NCBI GenBank assembly: GCA_001724265.1
Contig: MEDY01000156.1
Span: forward strand, 1 to 60,580
Source of the DNA: Rhizaria sp. SCN 62-66
Lineage: Eukaryota
DNA: 60,580 bases
Direction of reading: 5' to 3'
Positions within the stretch are counted from its first letter, which is position 1. Each line of letters begins with the position of its first letter. The notes beneath the pieces were generated by a model, which saw only the letters and a list, made by a program, of their open reading frames with translations, made no database searches and was not told where the DNA came from. Positions 1-10,793 of the stretch are shown here, piece by piece. The translations under genes and the position numbers were made by a program.

Positions 1-1
1 C

Positions 2-229
2 GGCGGCACCACCATGTTCGACGGCATCGACACCCGTATGTCCAAGGAGATCACCGCCCTTGCTCCCCAGTCGATGAACATCAAGGTCATCGCGCCCCCT
101 GAGCGCAAGTTCTCCGTCTGGATCGGTGGCTCCATTCTTGCCTACCTCTCCACCTTCCAGACCATGTGGGTCACCCGCCAGGAGTACGACGAGTCCGGCC
201 CCACCATCGTCCACCGCAAGTGCTTCTAA
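2..229 (+). CDS. ACT: Actin, 3' part (5' truncated by the window edge)
   Basis: GGTTMFDGI...KEITALAP...[20 protein letters not shown]...[15 protein letters not shown] is the actin C-terminus; stop TAA 227-229. Confidence 0.97.
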   Translation, partial: GGTTMFDGIDTRMSKEITALAPQSMNIKVIAPPERKFSVWIGGSILAYLSTFQTMWVTRQEYDESGPTIVHRKCF

Positions 230-649
230 GCACCTAGCGTCATCCCCCTCTCCTCGAAACGATCTGTTATGCCCCGAAGACGACGATGATGGTGGTGACT
301 GTCAGTCTCTCTCTACTCTGTTTCGTTTACAACTCTCTTTCTCGTTTTGCAGCCGCTTTGCGGCACGCCGGCAGTGCAAGGCTCGTGAGGCCCGCTTCCC
401 CGGCTTGTAAAGATTTTCTCACACAACACCCAATACAATGTTGATATTCAACTCTACATGCATGTTTTAATGATATCTCTTCTTGAAACAAACGTACGTA
501 CAGGGACAATTCGATCCATCAATTTGATGTCAGCTGATTCTGTATTATATCATAGCCCATTTTTGGTTTCAAATAAGAACAACTACCACTCCAGAGTGTT
601 GTCGCAGTTGACAACGTAGAATATAAAGACAAACCATATTAATACGAGT

Positions 650-677
650 CCACACACACACACACACAAACACACAC
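650..677. repeat. (CA)n microsatellite, once interrupted, between the convergent actin and AspRS 3' ends
   Basis: cacacacacacacacacaaacacacac read directly. Confidence 0.8.
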
Positions 678-787
678 TTGCAAGTCAGTTGTTAAAGTTA
701 CACGCACACAAGTCCAAGAACAACACCACCATCGTCGCGATACGCACTGCAGCACACTGCGGCTTAACTTAACTTAGGGGTCGGCGC

Positions 788-2743
788 TTAGGGGGCGACG
801 CGGTTGGGGACGCGGGGGAACATGGAGGTCTTGCGGATGTTGTTGAGGCCGAGGAAGAGCATGACGACGCGCTCGAGGCCGACGCCGGCGCCGCCGTGGG
901 GCTGCGCGCCGTACTGGAACGACTTGAGGTAGGCCGTGATGTTGTTCTCGGGGATGCCGCACTCAGCAGCGCGCTGGGCGAGCAGCTTCATGTCATGGAT
1001 GCGCTGGGCGCCCGAGGTGATCTCCTCGCCGCGGAGGAAGACGTCGTACGAATTGGTGTAGTTGGGGTCGTTGGGGCACGGCATGGTGTAGAAGGGGCGG
1101 ATCGCCTTGGGGTACTTGTCGACGATGTAGAGGTCCACGTCGTACTTGGCCTTGACCAGGCGGCCGAGGAGCTTCTCCTGTAAAGCGAGAGAAGAGTAAA
1201 GAAACAAACAAGCACAGAAACAACAAGAGTAAGAAAAAGACTCAAAGAAAAAGCAACTGTTGATATACATGTGGACGTGGAAAAAGATAGAACAATCTAA
1301 ACATCTGATAAAGCGTACCTGGGGAGTACTGGGGTCGGCGAACTCGTCCATGTTCTCGCCGGCCTCAAGCAGCATGCGGCGCGCCTCCTTGAAGTCGAGG
1401 ACGAGCACGTCGGGGTTGTACTTGAGGGGCTGGAACGGGTACTGCGCGTTGACGGCGGCAAGCTCGGCGGCGCAGTTGGCGTTGATCTGGTCGAAGATGT
1501 AGACGAAGACGCCCGAGAGGGTCTTGAGGACCTCGTGGTAGTGCTCCTTGATCTCCATCTCGAAGTCCATGCCGATGAACTCGCACATGTGGCGGTGCGT
1601 GTTGGCGTTCTCGGCGCGGAAAACGTGGCCGATCTCAAACACGTTGCCCAAGTCCGCCGTCACGGCCATCTGCTTGTACAGCTGCGGCGACTGCGCCAGG
1701 CAGCACTCGGTGCCGAAGTAGTTGAGGCGGAACACCTGCGCGCCGCCCTCGGACACGCCGGGGGTGATCTTGGGCGAGTGGATCTCGACGAAGTTCTTGT
1801 TGAGGAAGAAGTCGCGGTAGTATTGGCACACGCGCGACTGCAGGCGGAAGATCGCGTGGTTCGCGTTGGTGCGCAGGTCCAGCCAGCGGTTGTCGAGGCG
1901 GATCTTCTGGAGCACACGGACCTAGAGTGGTGAAACGCAACGAGCACATGTAATGCAGTGTGTTAGAATTAAAATAATAAAAAATGATTTAATATGCGCT
2001 CAATCGTTTTACGTTGTTATCAAGACAAATAAAGTTGAATAAAGTTGAATAGAGGTGGCATAAATGCATTTGAAAAGTTACAACACAACACATACCTGGC
2101 CAGACTCGTTCTTGACTTCCTGGGCGGTGTCCTCAGACTCGTCGTTCTCCTGGCCGTTGTCGGCAGGGTCGAAGCGGTTGGCGTCGGCCATCTGGAAGGG
2201 CAGGATGGGGACGGAAGCGGAGATGACGAAGATCTTGGAGACGTGGATCTCGGCGTCCTTCTGCGTGCACGACTCGATGGGCTGGTCGACCTTGCGGACG
2301 GTACCGTAGATCTCGACGAGCGACTCGGCGGGAATCTTGCCGGCGTACTTGACGAGGTCCACGGACGGCTCGCCGGGGTTGCCGAAGGCGAACATGGCAG
2401 CCTGCGCGGAGCAGAGGCCGGAGCGGAGCTGGATGAAGCACGTCTTGCCCTTAGCGCGGATGGTGGAGATACGGGCGCGGACGAGCACCTGCTGCTCGTT
2501 CTTGGCGGCCGAGATGTCCTTGATCTCGGTCCACACGCGGTCCGTCTTGAAGGCGGAGCAGATGAGCGGGAGGTCGCCGAAGTCGGCGGCGTCGACGTTC
2601 GCCACGGGCACGGGCACGTAGGACGGGACGGGAGCGGGGGCGGGGGCCTTCTTCTCCTTCTTGGGCTTGCCGACGGCGGCGGCGGCGGCCGCGCCCTCGG
2701 GGGTCGCGACGGCGGGCTGGGTGGTCTCAGGCTCAGCAGACAT
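788..2743 (-). CDS. DARS1: Aspartyl-tRNA synthetase, cytosolic type; exons 2743-2096, 1921-1319, 1177-788
   Basis: OB-fold N-terminus (VLVRARISTIRAKGKTCFIQLR), RLDNRWLDLRT, CLAQSPQLYKQM, FRAENANTHRHMCEF, YDVFLRGEEITSGAQRIHD, PHGGAGVGLERVVMLFLGL. Introns 2095-1922 (gtatgt..tag) and 1318-1178 (gtacgc..cag) keep the frame; stop TAA. Confidence 0.96.
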
Positions 2744-3427
2744 CTAAACCACGTGACATATTGAGAAACAAAACGCGGTAAAGAGCAGGGGAGTGAGACA
2801 AAGGGATGCATGGCGGGTGGGGTTTGGGAACCAAGTGACCGTTGTTACGGCTCTGCTCAACGGCACTAAAAGCGCATCGGCACATGTTAAATCAAAACAA
2901 AAAAGTAGTTCATTGTATACTTTGCCCGCGAGAACGATCCGAACCCCTTTTGCACTTGTGGGTACCTCAAACAAACGGTCTCTTTATGTTCGCGCAGGTC
3001 GACCGCTGTCACCATGCTGCTTGTGGCTGGCCAGGACCAAGCTGCTCACAGTCACCTGACCTTGATCCCCAAACCAGTATGTGGACAGATTAGAAAAGCG
3101 AAGATATATGCACAAAGAATAAGTCGGACTATAAATGCGCATTTCAGATATCAACTTAGACGGAGTCATGTACATGTAATGTATTCCCGCGCCATGAACT
3201 TGCGTTTCCAACATCCCAATCACTCCTCCTGCGTAGTACAACACAGCACAACAACTGAAAGACACGAACAAACTGAATTATGTTCAGTTTCTCGGCATCA
3301 TAGTTGAGTTTTACACTGCGTAATATATGAAAACATTGATTGCATTGCAGATTGTAGCTTGTGGAGAGCATGTATGGTGCGAAACCAAGGCCTTGTCTCA
3401 CACCAACATCACAGTATAGCAACGCGC

Positions 3428-4716
3428 TTACTTCTGGCGGCCGTGGACGCGCTTGACGATGTCAGTGAAGAGCTCGGGCGCAATGAGGTCCTTCTTGGCC
3501 TCGAGAAGGTCGTTGATACGCTTGAGCGACTCCTCCTCCTGCTTGGCGTATATGGCGGGGATGCCGACCTCGTTATACAGGGCCTTGATCTTGGCGATCT
3601 TCTCAGGCTCCTCGTGACCGTAGTTCTCCTCGATCACCTTGCGCTGCTCGGGCGTGCACACCTCGAGCGCCTTAACGACGAGCCACGAGCACTTGTGGTC
3701 CTGGATGTCGGTGCCGATCTTGCCGATCATCTCGGGCAGGCCATAGCAGTCAAGGTAGTCGTCCTGAATCTGGAACTTGGTGCCGATCTCGACGCAGATG
3801 TCCGAGACGGCCTTAAGCACGGCCGCGTCGGTCACGCCCGCGAGCGCGAGGCCGGCAGCAATGGGGAGGAAGAAGGTGTAGAAGGCCGTCTTGTACTTGA
3901 CGATGCGCGCGTGGACGTCGAGCGAGAAGGAGTTGAGAACCTCGAGGCCCTTCTTGCCCTGGGGCTGCGAGAGCAGGTCGGTCATCTGGCCGATCTGCGT
4001 CTTGAGGCAGGTGTCGGCAAACAGGTCGAGCACGTGGTACTTGACCTCCTTGTCCGTGATGTACTCGCGGATGAGGAAGTACATGAACGACTCGAGGATG
4101 AGTGCGTCGTTGACGGCGTCCATCTGCACCGAAGGAACGAGGTACCAGCACGGCTGGCCGCGGCGCGTCTGCGACTTGTCCATGATATCGTCGGCTGGAA
4201 ACAGGGGGAAAAAAACCAGCAACAATGCACAGCAAGATAAGAAAGTAGAGTACAGAAAAAGGAAAATGAGCAACATAGTGCGCAAATATTCGCGTGTGGT
4301 GCGAAAAACAAGTTGGCATGCAGATCGGGAAGCGGAAGAACAGTGCAATAATTGAATTCAGCGGGGGGTTGAGCATGTTACGAGTGTCATTAAGGGTGAG
4401 ATATGCACCGATGTGGCTAGATATTGGACGTACCGACGAGGAAGCAGGCCTGGAGGACCTCAACAGCCCACGCAAGGGCGAAAGCAGACTTCTCGATGTC
4501 AGCGTAGTTCTTGCCCTTGATGGCGGCCATCTGGCGGGAGTAGGTAAGGACCTGGATGCCGCGGAAAACCTTGCCACCAACGCAGTTGTAGTTGAACATC
4601 TCGCGCAGGCGGTCCGCGTTAGAGTCGGTGATCTCGTTCTCGGTCTTCATCTTGGTGACGAAATCCTCCACAAACGCAGGGAAACGCTCATTCATCTGGG
4701 CAATGTAGTCAGTCAT
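3428..4716 (-). CDS. FDPS: Farnesyl diphosphate synthase (trans-prenyltransferase); exons 4716-4434, 4194-3428
   Basis: GGKVFRG, EVLQACFLV|ADDIMDKSQTRRGQPCWY (first Asp-rich motif), GQMTDL, KYKTAFYTF, FQIQDDYLD (second Asp-rich motif), GKIGTDIQDHKCSW. Intron 4433-4195 gtacgt..cag; stop TAA. Confidence 0.95.
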
Positions 4717-5314
4717 GACAGGGATGTCTGAAGAAACCGCGGGGTAGCGCAACAGCAACACAACGAAAAGAGAAAAGGTAGTGAGTCTAAGTAGGCTGCC
4801 TCGAAGGGGGTGCAGGAAAATCTGCCCCTCGAGCTGTTAGGGCAAGGCTCTAGGACCGGATCCCGCCACGAAAAAGACGGAATGAAATAATTGAACAGAT
4901 ACACTTTAGTGGGGTAATAAAATGCAGCACAGTGTCATCCCGTCACACTCTTTTGGGATATCGCACACTCACTTCAAAGAAACGAAAGGAGCACTCAGGG
5001 CAGCCACACCACTTTGAGAGGGCAATACCATACCAAACTCGCTCTCACCTCAAAGCTCCTCATCGCTCCCATCGGCCCACTCGTTGATAGAAAATAAATT
5101 TGTGGTTGGATTGAATAAATGATTTACTGCTTTTTCACGAACTACAGTCGTAATAGTGAGGGGCAGGGGGATTGAGGTTAGGCCGCGCCCACGGTCCTTC
5201 ACGCGAACAGGGCGGCTCCGAGGTGCTCGGCGCTGGGAGCCTGGCCCCCTGAGAGACAAGACGCGGTGTGGGGGCCGTCTTGTTTGATCATCCAATTCGC
5301 TCAGACGAATCAAT

Positions 5315-6116
5315 ATGGGTACGTAATTCTTCATATAGCTTTTATGCGCTCTATTCTCTCTTGCTTGTTATTCCGCAGTTTCCGTGATGGTCGATTTGTG
5401 TCGCACTAGACGCCTGCAAACGAGGTCTTCTTCGCTCTCTCGGCCACAGTGTTGCTGTCCTTGACTGTCGTGCTCTGCCCCGCGCGACGCCTGTCTTGTC
5501 TCGTTCTCGCTCTGCTGCTTTCTCGTGCATCTGCTCACTCTCTCTCTTCTTCTCTGCTTCGCTCTCGTGCTCACTCTCTGGTTTGCGTCGTACAGGTAAG
5601 GTTCACGGTTCTCTCGCTCGTGCCGGTAAGGTGAAGGGTCAGACCCCTAAGGTCGAGAAGGCCCCCAAGGTTCGCCACCCCCAAGGTACGTCCTCTTGTC
5701 TCTCTCTCTCTCTCGCTCTCGCTCTCTCTCATTCTTCCTCGCTCTATTTTTCTCTCGCCCAGCTCTACCTTGGTTCGCTCGCACACAGTCGCACAGCTTC
5801 TTGCTTCTGAACTCACCCACTCACTCGCTTTCACCACTCTTTGCCCTGCTCTCATTCTCTTCTCTCCAGGCCGCGCTGGCAAGCGCAAGCTCTACGTTGA
5901 TCGCTTCGTTAAGTGCATCTACGGCCCCAACAAGAAGAAGTCCTACAACACCCAGGTATGTGTCTTAACCCGCCCCTTTCTACTACAATTGCGTGAATGC
6001 TATGGCTCCGCAGTCCGACTCCGCACTTCCTTCTTCCCCTCGCTGAATCCCCTCTCTCATTCCTTAATTTCCTCTTTTCTATCTTTGTTACACTTTTCTC
6101 TACCCAGGCCGTCTAA
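5315..6116 (+). CDS. RPS30: 40S ribosomal protein eS30; exons 5315-5318, 5596-5685, 5870-5955, 6108-6116
   Basis: Spliced product [62 protein letters not shown]; three GTAYG..CAG introns; stop TAA. Confidence 0.95.
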
Positions 6117-6862
6117 ATTCGTCCACCGTGTTGTCGACACTGATGCCTTTACAAGCATCTTAATACATCTTTATGTCTGAGACCAATCCACCCGTTCGTA
6201 TCCCTTGCAATGCTCTCACTTTGCTCTCGTGAATGCGTTTGCTTTATGTGTTACTCAACCTTAACCCCGATGAAATTGTACTATAGCACCAGCTGATTCT
6301 TTTACTCACTCTTCGGAGTGCTTCTATGCTTGTTTATGACGTGGAATGCTCTCGAATTGCAAGCTCGTAGCAACTTTTGGACTTACGATCGCCTCCCACC
6401 TCAAAAGATTTCGAGCTCTTAAGCTTCCAACTTACGAACTCTCTGACCTAGCTAAAACCGTTGATCGGTCTCGCTGTAGCTCTCAGGCATTAGCAGTATC
6501 GAATTATATCTAACGTAACCTTTAAATCTGCATAACACTTGCGTTGTAACACGTATCGAGGCTAAGTCTGCGTTACGCCTTCCCGCCTCACAACAGCAAC
6601 AAGTCACCTCCCTTACGCACTCTCTGTAGTCTTACCATTGCACTTGTTCCGAATGATTTGGGAAACAGCTGATATTAAAATGGTATGTCTATCGTCTGTG
6701 GTGGTTTCAATACTCACATAATGCATCGATCTTCTCCTGTACCTCATTTTCATCTTAGCGCCCATCCTCTTGGGACCGTATCTACCAGTCGCAACCCGCG
6801 CCCTACGTCAACAGCGACCTTATTGACCTTCCCGGCTCTCTGTCGCCCCCCACTGCCGCTCC

Positions 6863-9800
6863 ATGTCGAGCCTTCCCCACTCCACGTTGTCGGTTATGGC
6901 GCTGTACAACGACATCCGCGACGTCGGCATCAACCGCTTTATCGACCACATCGAGTCCGAGCGCCGCTCCCACCTCCTCGCCTCCGAGCTCAGCGAGCTC
7001 TACCAGAAGGCCTACACCATCGCGACCTACTCGGACCCGTTGCAGCTCTCGTCGCACCTGGCGGCCGCGATGGGCTGCGGCGACAACAGCGTGGAGCCCT
7101 CCGAGTGGCTCTGCATCCACTACATCCACGAGATCATGGCCTACGTACGCGACACCGTGCTGCCCAACCTCCGCGCCGCCACCACGGCCGCCAAGGCCGC
7201 CGCGTCCGCCGGCGGCGGCGGCCCCGAGGCGCTGCTGCGCGAGTGGGTCAAGCGCTGGAAGAACTTCCGTCAGTTCATCAAGGGTACTTACACTATCTAC
7301 ATGTACCTCGACCGCTACCACACACAGACGCTCGACATGAACATCAAGGAAGCCGCGTACAACATCTACTACCGCGCGCTCTGGACCGGGCTCGACGAGT
7401 TCGTCGCCGCTAACAGCCCCGTCGAAGTGAATGCCGCAAATGCCGCAAATGCTGCCTGTGAAGGTCGGAGCAGCAGTGCCACTGCCAGTGCCGCCAGCGC
7501 GTGCGCCAGTGCGTCTGGTGACATCCCTCTGAGAGTGTTTGTGCCCATTGCGCGCACGCCTCCGACCGCTTTAAACGGCTACAACGCCGGCCGGCACCCC
7601 CCGATGAACCCCAACAACACGCAGTACGCCCATTCCGCCGCCGCCCAGTCCGCCGCCGCCAACACCCGCTTCACGGCCTCCCGCGACCTCGCCAGCGGCG
7701 CCCCGCTGCGCGGCGGCGCGGCGGCCAAGAGCGCCGCGGCCTCTGCGGAGGCCCTGGCGCTGGGCCATGTCACCGTGGGCGGCTTTGCGCACAGCGCGAT
7801 CGACGCGCTGTGCCGGCTGATCGAGAGCGACCGCATGGCCACCGTGGCGGCGACCGTCACGACCGCGGACGCTGTCTCCGCCGCCGCCGCCGCGGGCGCC
7901 GGTGCGGGCGCGGGCGCAGCCGCCAACACCGCTGCTGGCGCGGGCGCCAGCGTTGCTGACGGCGCGGGCGTGGGCGAAAGTGCGGTGCCGCTTGTGGGCT
8001 CCACGGTCGACGGCGCGCTGATCCGGCAGGCCGTGAACGTGTTTGTGGAGCTGGCGCAGGAGCTGCGTGACGTCAAGAACGAGAACACGCCCCTGGTGCT
8101 CTACAACGAGCTGCAGTCGCGGCTCAACGAGACGACGTCGCAGTACTATACGGCGCTGGCCGCGGACAAGCTCGCCACGCATAGCCTCAACGGCGCGGGC
8201 TACTTCGCCCTTGTGGCCGACGCGCTGGCGTGCGAGGATGAGCGCGTGCGCATGTTCCTCCACAAGACTGCGCAGCAGTCGGTGTTTGAGGCCACGTACG
8301 GGCCGCTGGTGTCGTCGCAGATCCAGATCCTGCTGGAGCGTTCGCATCTGGTGCCCAAGCTGCTGCACGACGATAACCCGAATGACTACAACAACATGTT
8401 CCGCATCTTTGCCCGCAACAAGGACTGCCTCGTTGCCTTCGCCAAACGCCTCCACACGCACATCCGCGACTCCGGCGCCGCGCTGATCAAGCGCGCGGCC
8501 GCGGACGAGACTGTGGCGCAGGCCGAACGCGAGCGGCTCATCCAGCTTCGCAAGCAGGCCGCCGACCGGTTCAACACCGAGAAGGCCGCCGCCGCCGCCA
8601 ACGGGCTCCCCGCGCCCGCGCCGCCAAACTTTGCGGCGATGGGCGTGATCCGCTCTCCCGAGGACCTGGACCAGGCCGCCGTGCGCAACCTGGTGACGAA
8701 GCTCATCGCCTTTTATCACCACCACATGCACTCGGCGCAGGCACTCGGCGCCGAGCCGTCGGCGCTGCAGCAGCTCAACGAGCAGGTCCGCCTCGGCTTC
8801 GAGTCGTTCATCAACGTCGACGAGCGCGTGGCGCGCGCGCTGGCCGAGTACGCTGGCGCGCTGCTGGGCAAGAAGGGCGCTGCGCAGACGATCGGCGGCG
8901 TCAAACCGCTCGAGACGCTCGCCAACATCGTCAGTCTGTACGGCTTTGTGCGCGAGAAGGACGTGTTCGAGTCGGTGTACACGCGCGCGCTGCACCTGCG
9001 TCTGCTCGAAGGCACGTCAAACAGCGAGAGCGAAGAGAAGGAATTCATCCAGCTCCTTAAGTCCAAGTCCGGATACGATTGGATCAACAGCGCCGAGGTC
9101 ATGTTTAGCGACATGCTGGCGTCGCGCTCCTTTGGCGCGACCTTTGTCAACGCCCGCGCCACCGCCAGCCGCGGCCCGCTCCGCACGGCTAACGGCGACG
9201 ATTTCGCACTCGAGGTCCAGGTACGCAACCAATCTTTGTTGGCATCATCATTCATAATGTGCTCATTCAAAATGTGCAAGTATTTCGTAATGGCCTGCAA
9301 AGCAACTTTTGTTATTTTTCACACTGTTTATGTTTATTTTTTTCTTTTTCATTTCTTCACAGCTCTGCACGGCGGGCTCATGGCCTCTGGCTCCGGCCCC
9401 CGCTGGCCCCGGCGCGAACCTGCCGCCTGCTGACCTGCGCGCTGCGGCCAGCGAATTCGCCACGGCTTACACGCAGAAGCACCAGGGTCGCAAGCTGCAG
9501 TGGCGCCTTGACCTGGGTTCGGCTGAGGTTGCGGTCACGTTTTCGGAGGGCGTGACGCGCACGCTGGTGGTGACGACTCTGATGATGATGACGCTCGCCG
9601 CCTTCAACGCGGGCAAGATCCAGACGTACCGCCAAGTCGTCGCCTCTGTGGGCATCGCCTCCGAGACGCTGGCGCCGCACGTTATGTCGCTGCTGCAGGC
9701 CAGCGTGCTCGTGTCGCGCCAGCCCGGCAAGCTGGTGGACGAGAGCGCGCTCATGATCAACCCCCGGTACAACCCCACGAGCCACAAGATTGTGGTGCCG

Positions 9801-10076
9801 TTCATGCGGCCCGTGGTGACGCAGAAGCAGGTCGAGGCCGAGAAGACAGAGATCAACGTCAAGCGCAACATGGCCGCCAACGCCGCGATTGTGCGCATTC
9901 TCAAGGCGCGCAAGGAGATCGAGCATAACGATCTCATCGCCGAGGTCACTCGCCAGCTCGCGCCGCAGTTCTCGGCCGACCCGGTGATGCTGAAGAAGCG
10001 CATCGAGGATATGATCGGACAGGAGTACCTCAAGCGTGATGAGACGAATCGCTCTAAGTACCTGTACATCGCGTAA
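6863..10076 (+). CDS. Cullin family protein; exons 6863-9220, 9363-10076
   Basis: IYMYLDRYH, EKDVFESVYTRALHLRLL, MFSDM, LCTAGSWP, YTQKHQGRKLQW, neddylation region AAIVRILKARKEIEHNDLIAEV...KKRIEDMIGQEYLKRD...YLYIA; intron 9221-9362 gtacgc..cag; stop TAA. Subfamily not assignable by eye. Confidence 0.93.
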
Positions 10077-10793
10077 ATAGATAGAGATAATGGTGGTGGC
10101 GTGCAAGAGCACAAAGCGTGTCCAAGGAGGACACTGAAGACTTTTGTTTTTAATGATATGATCTGTGGGGTATACCGATGTTTTTCTGAGTAAATATTTC
10201 GTATTTACAGAAAAATGTTATTTTATTATTTGTTTTTATTGTTTTCATCTTTTCAAGCTTTCAATAAAAACTTATATTTTGACATTTTTATACCATTGCA
10301 CTCTTAGGAATAGTTGGACAACAGAGAATACTTTTTGAGATTTTGGGCGATCAATTATTTTATCGCCCAAAATCGATTTGAACAAACTCGTTTATGATAA
10401 CTGTTCGCGCAATGAAGATTACAATAAAGATCACAAGATCAAAGTGTTAAAATAAACAGAGCTGTATTGAGATATGGTGCGTGACATGAAACAAGTGTCA
10501 CAGTGTGTTTTCGTTTTAATAAAGGAGGATATAGGGGGAATTTAGCTAGTTACACGTTAACGCATTGGGTTTCGTTGATAATTGGGGTTCAATTAAGTTC
10601 TAAATAGCACATAGGCAGTGTGTTTTCTCTTCTTCTTTGTCATCCTTTGCTGGATATTCATGCACTATTCGGATCGTTTTTGTTCGGTTTGAAGATTTAA
10701 CAGTTAGCTACTCGTAGAACATGAGACAATCACCCGCTGCACTCGACCGGACAGCCCAATCGCAGCAATATGAGCGTCACATGTACACTTGTT

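Noticed and set aside
774-795. Two TTAGGGG units resembling telomeric repeats
   Set aside because: Only two non-adjacent copies, one formed by the AspRS CCC-TAA end; no array.
1922-1924. TAG triplets in frame just before exons (1924-1922, 18270-18268, 31469-31467, 53475-53477, 57824-57826)
   Set aside because: These are 3' splice acceptors at the end of T-rich introns and were not counted as sense TAG codons.
2744-2970. Probable 5' UTR introns upstream of AspRS and FDPS
   Set aside because: Acceptor-like sites are visible but donors cannot be placed confidently without transcripts, and such introns are ordinary.
5315-5600. eS30 without an N-terminal ubiquitin-like (FUBI) fusion
   Set aside because: Unfused eS30 is the normal state outside animals.
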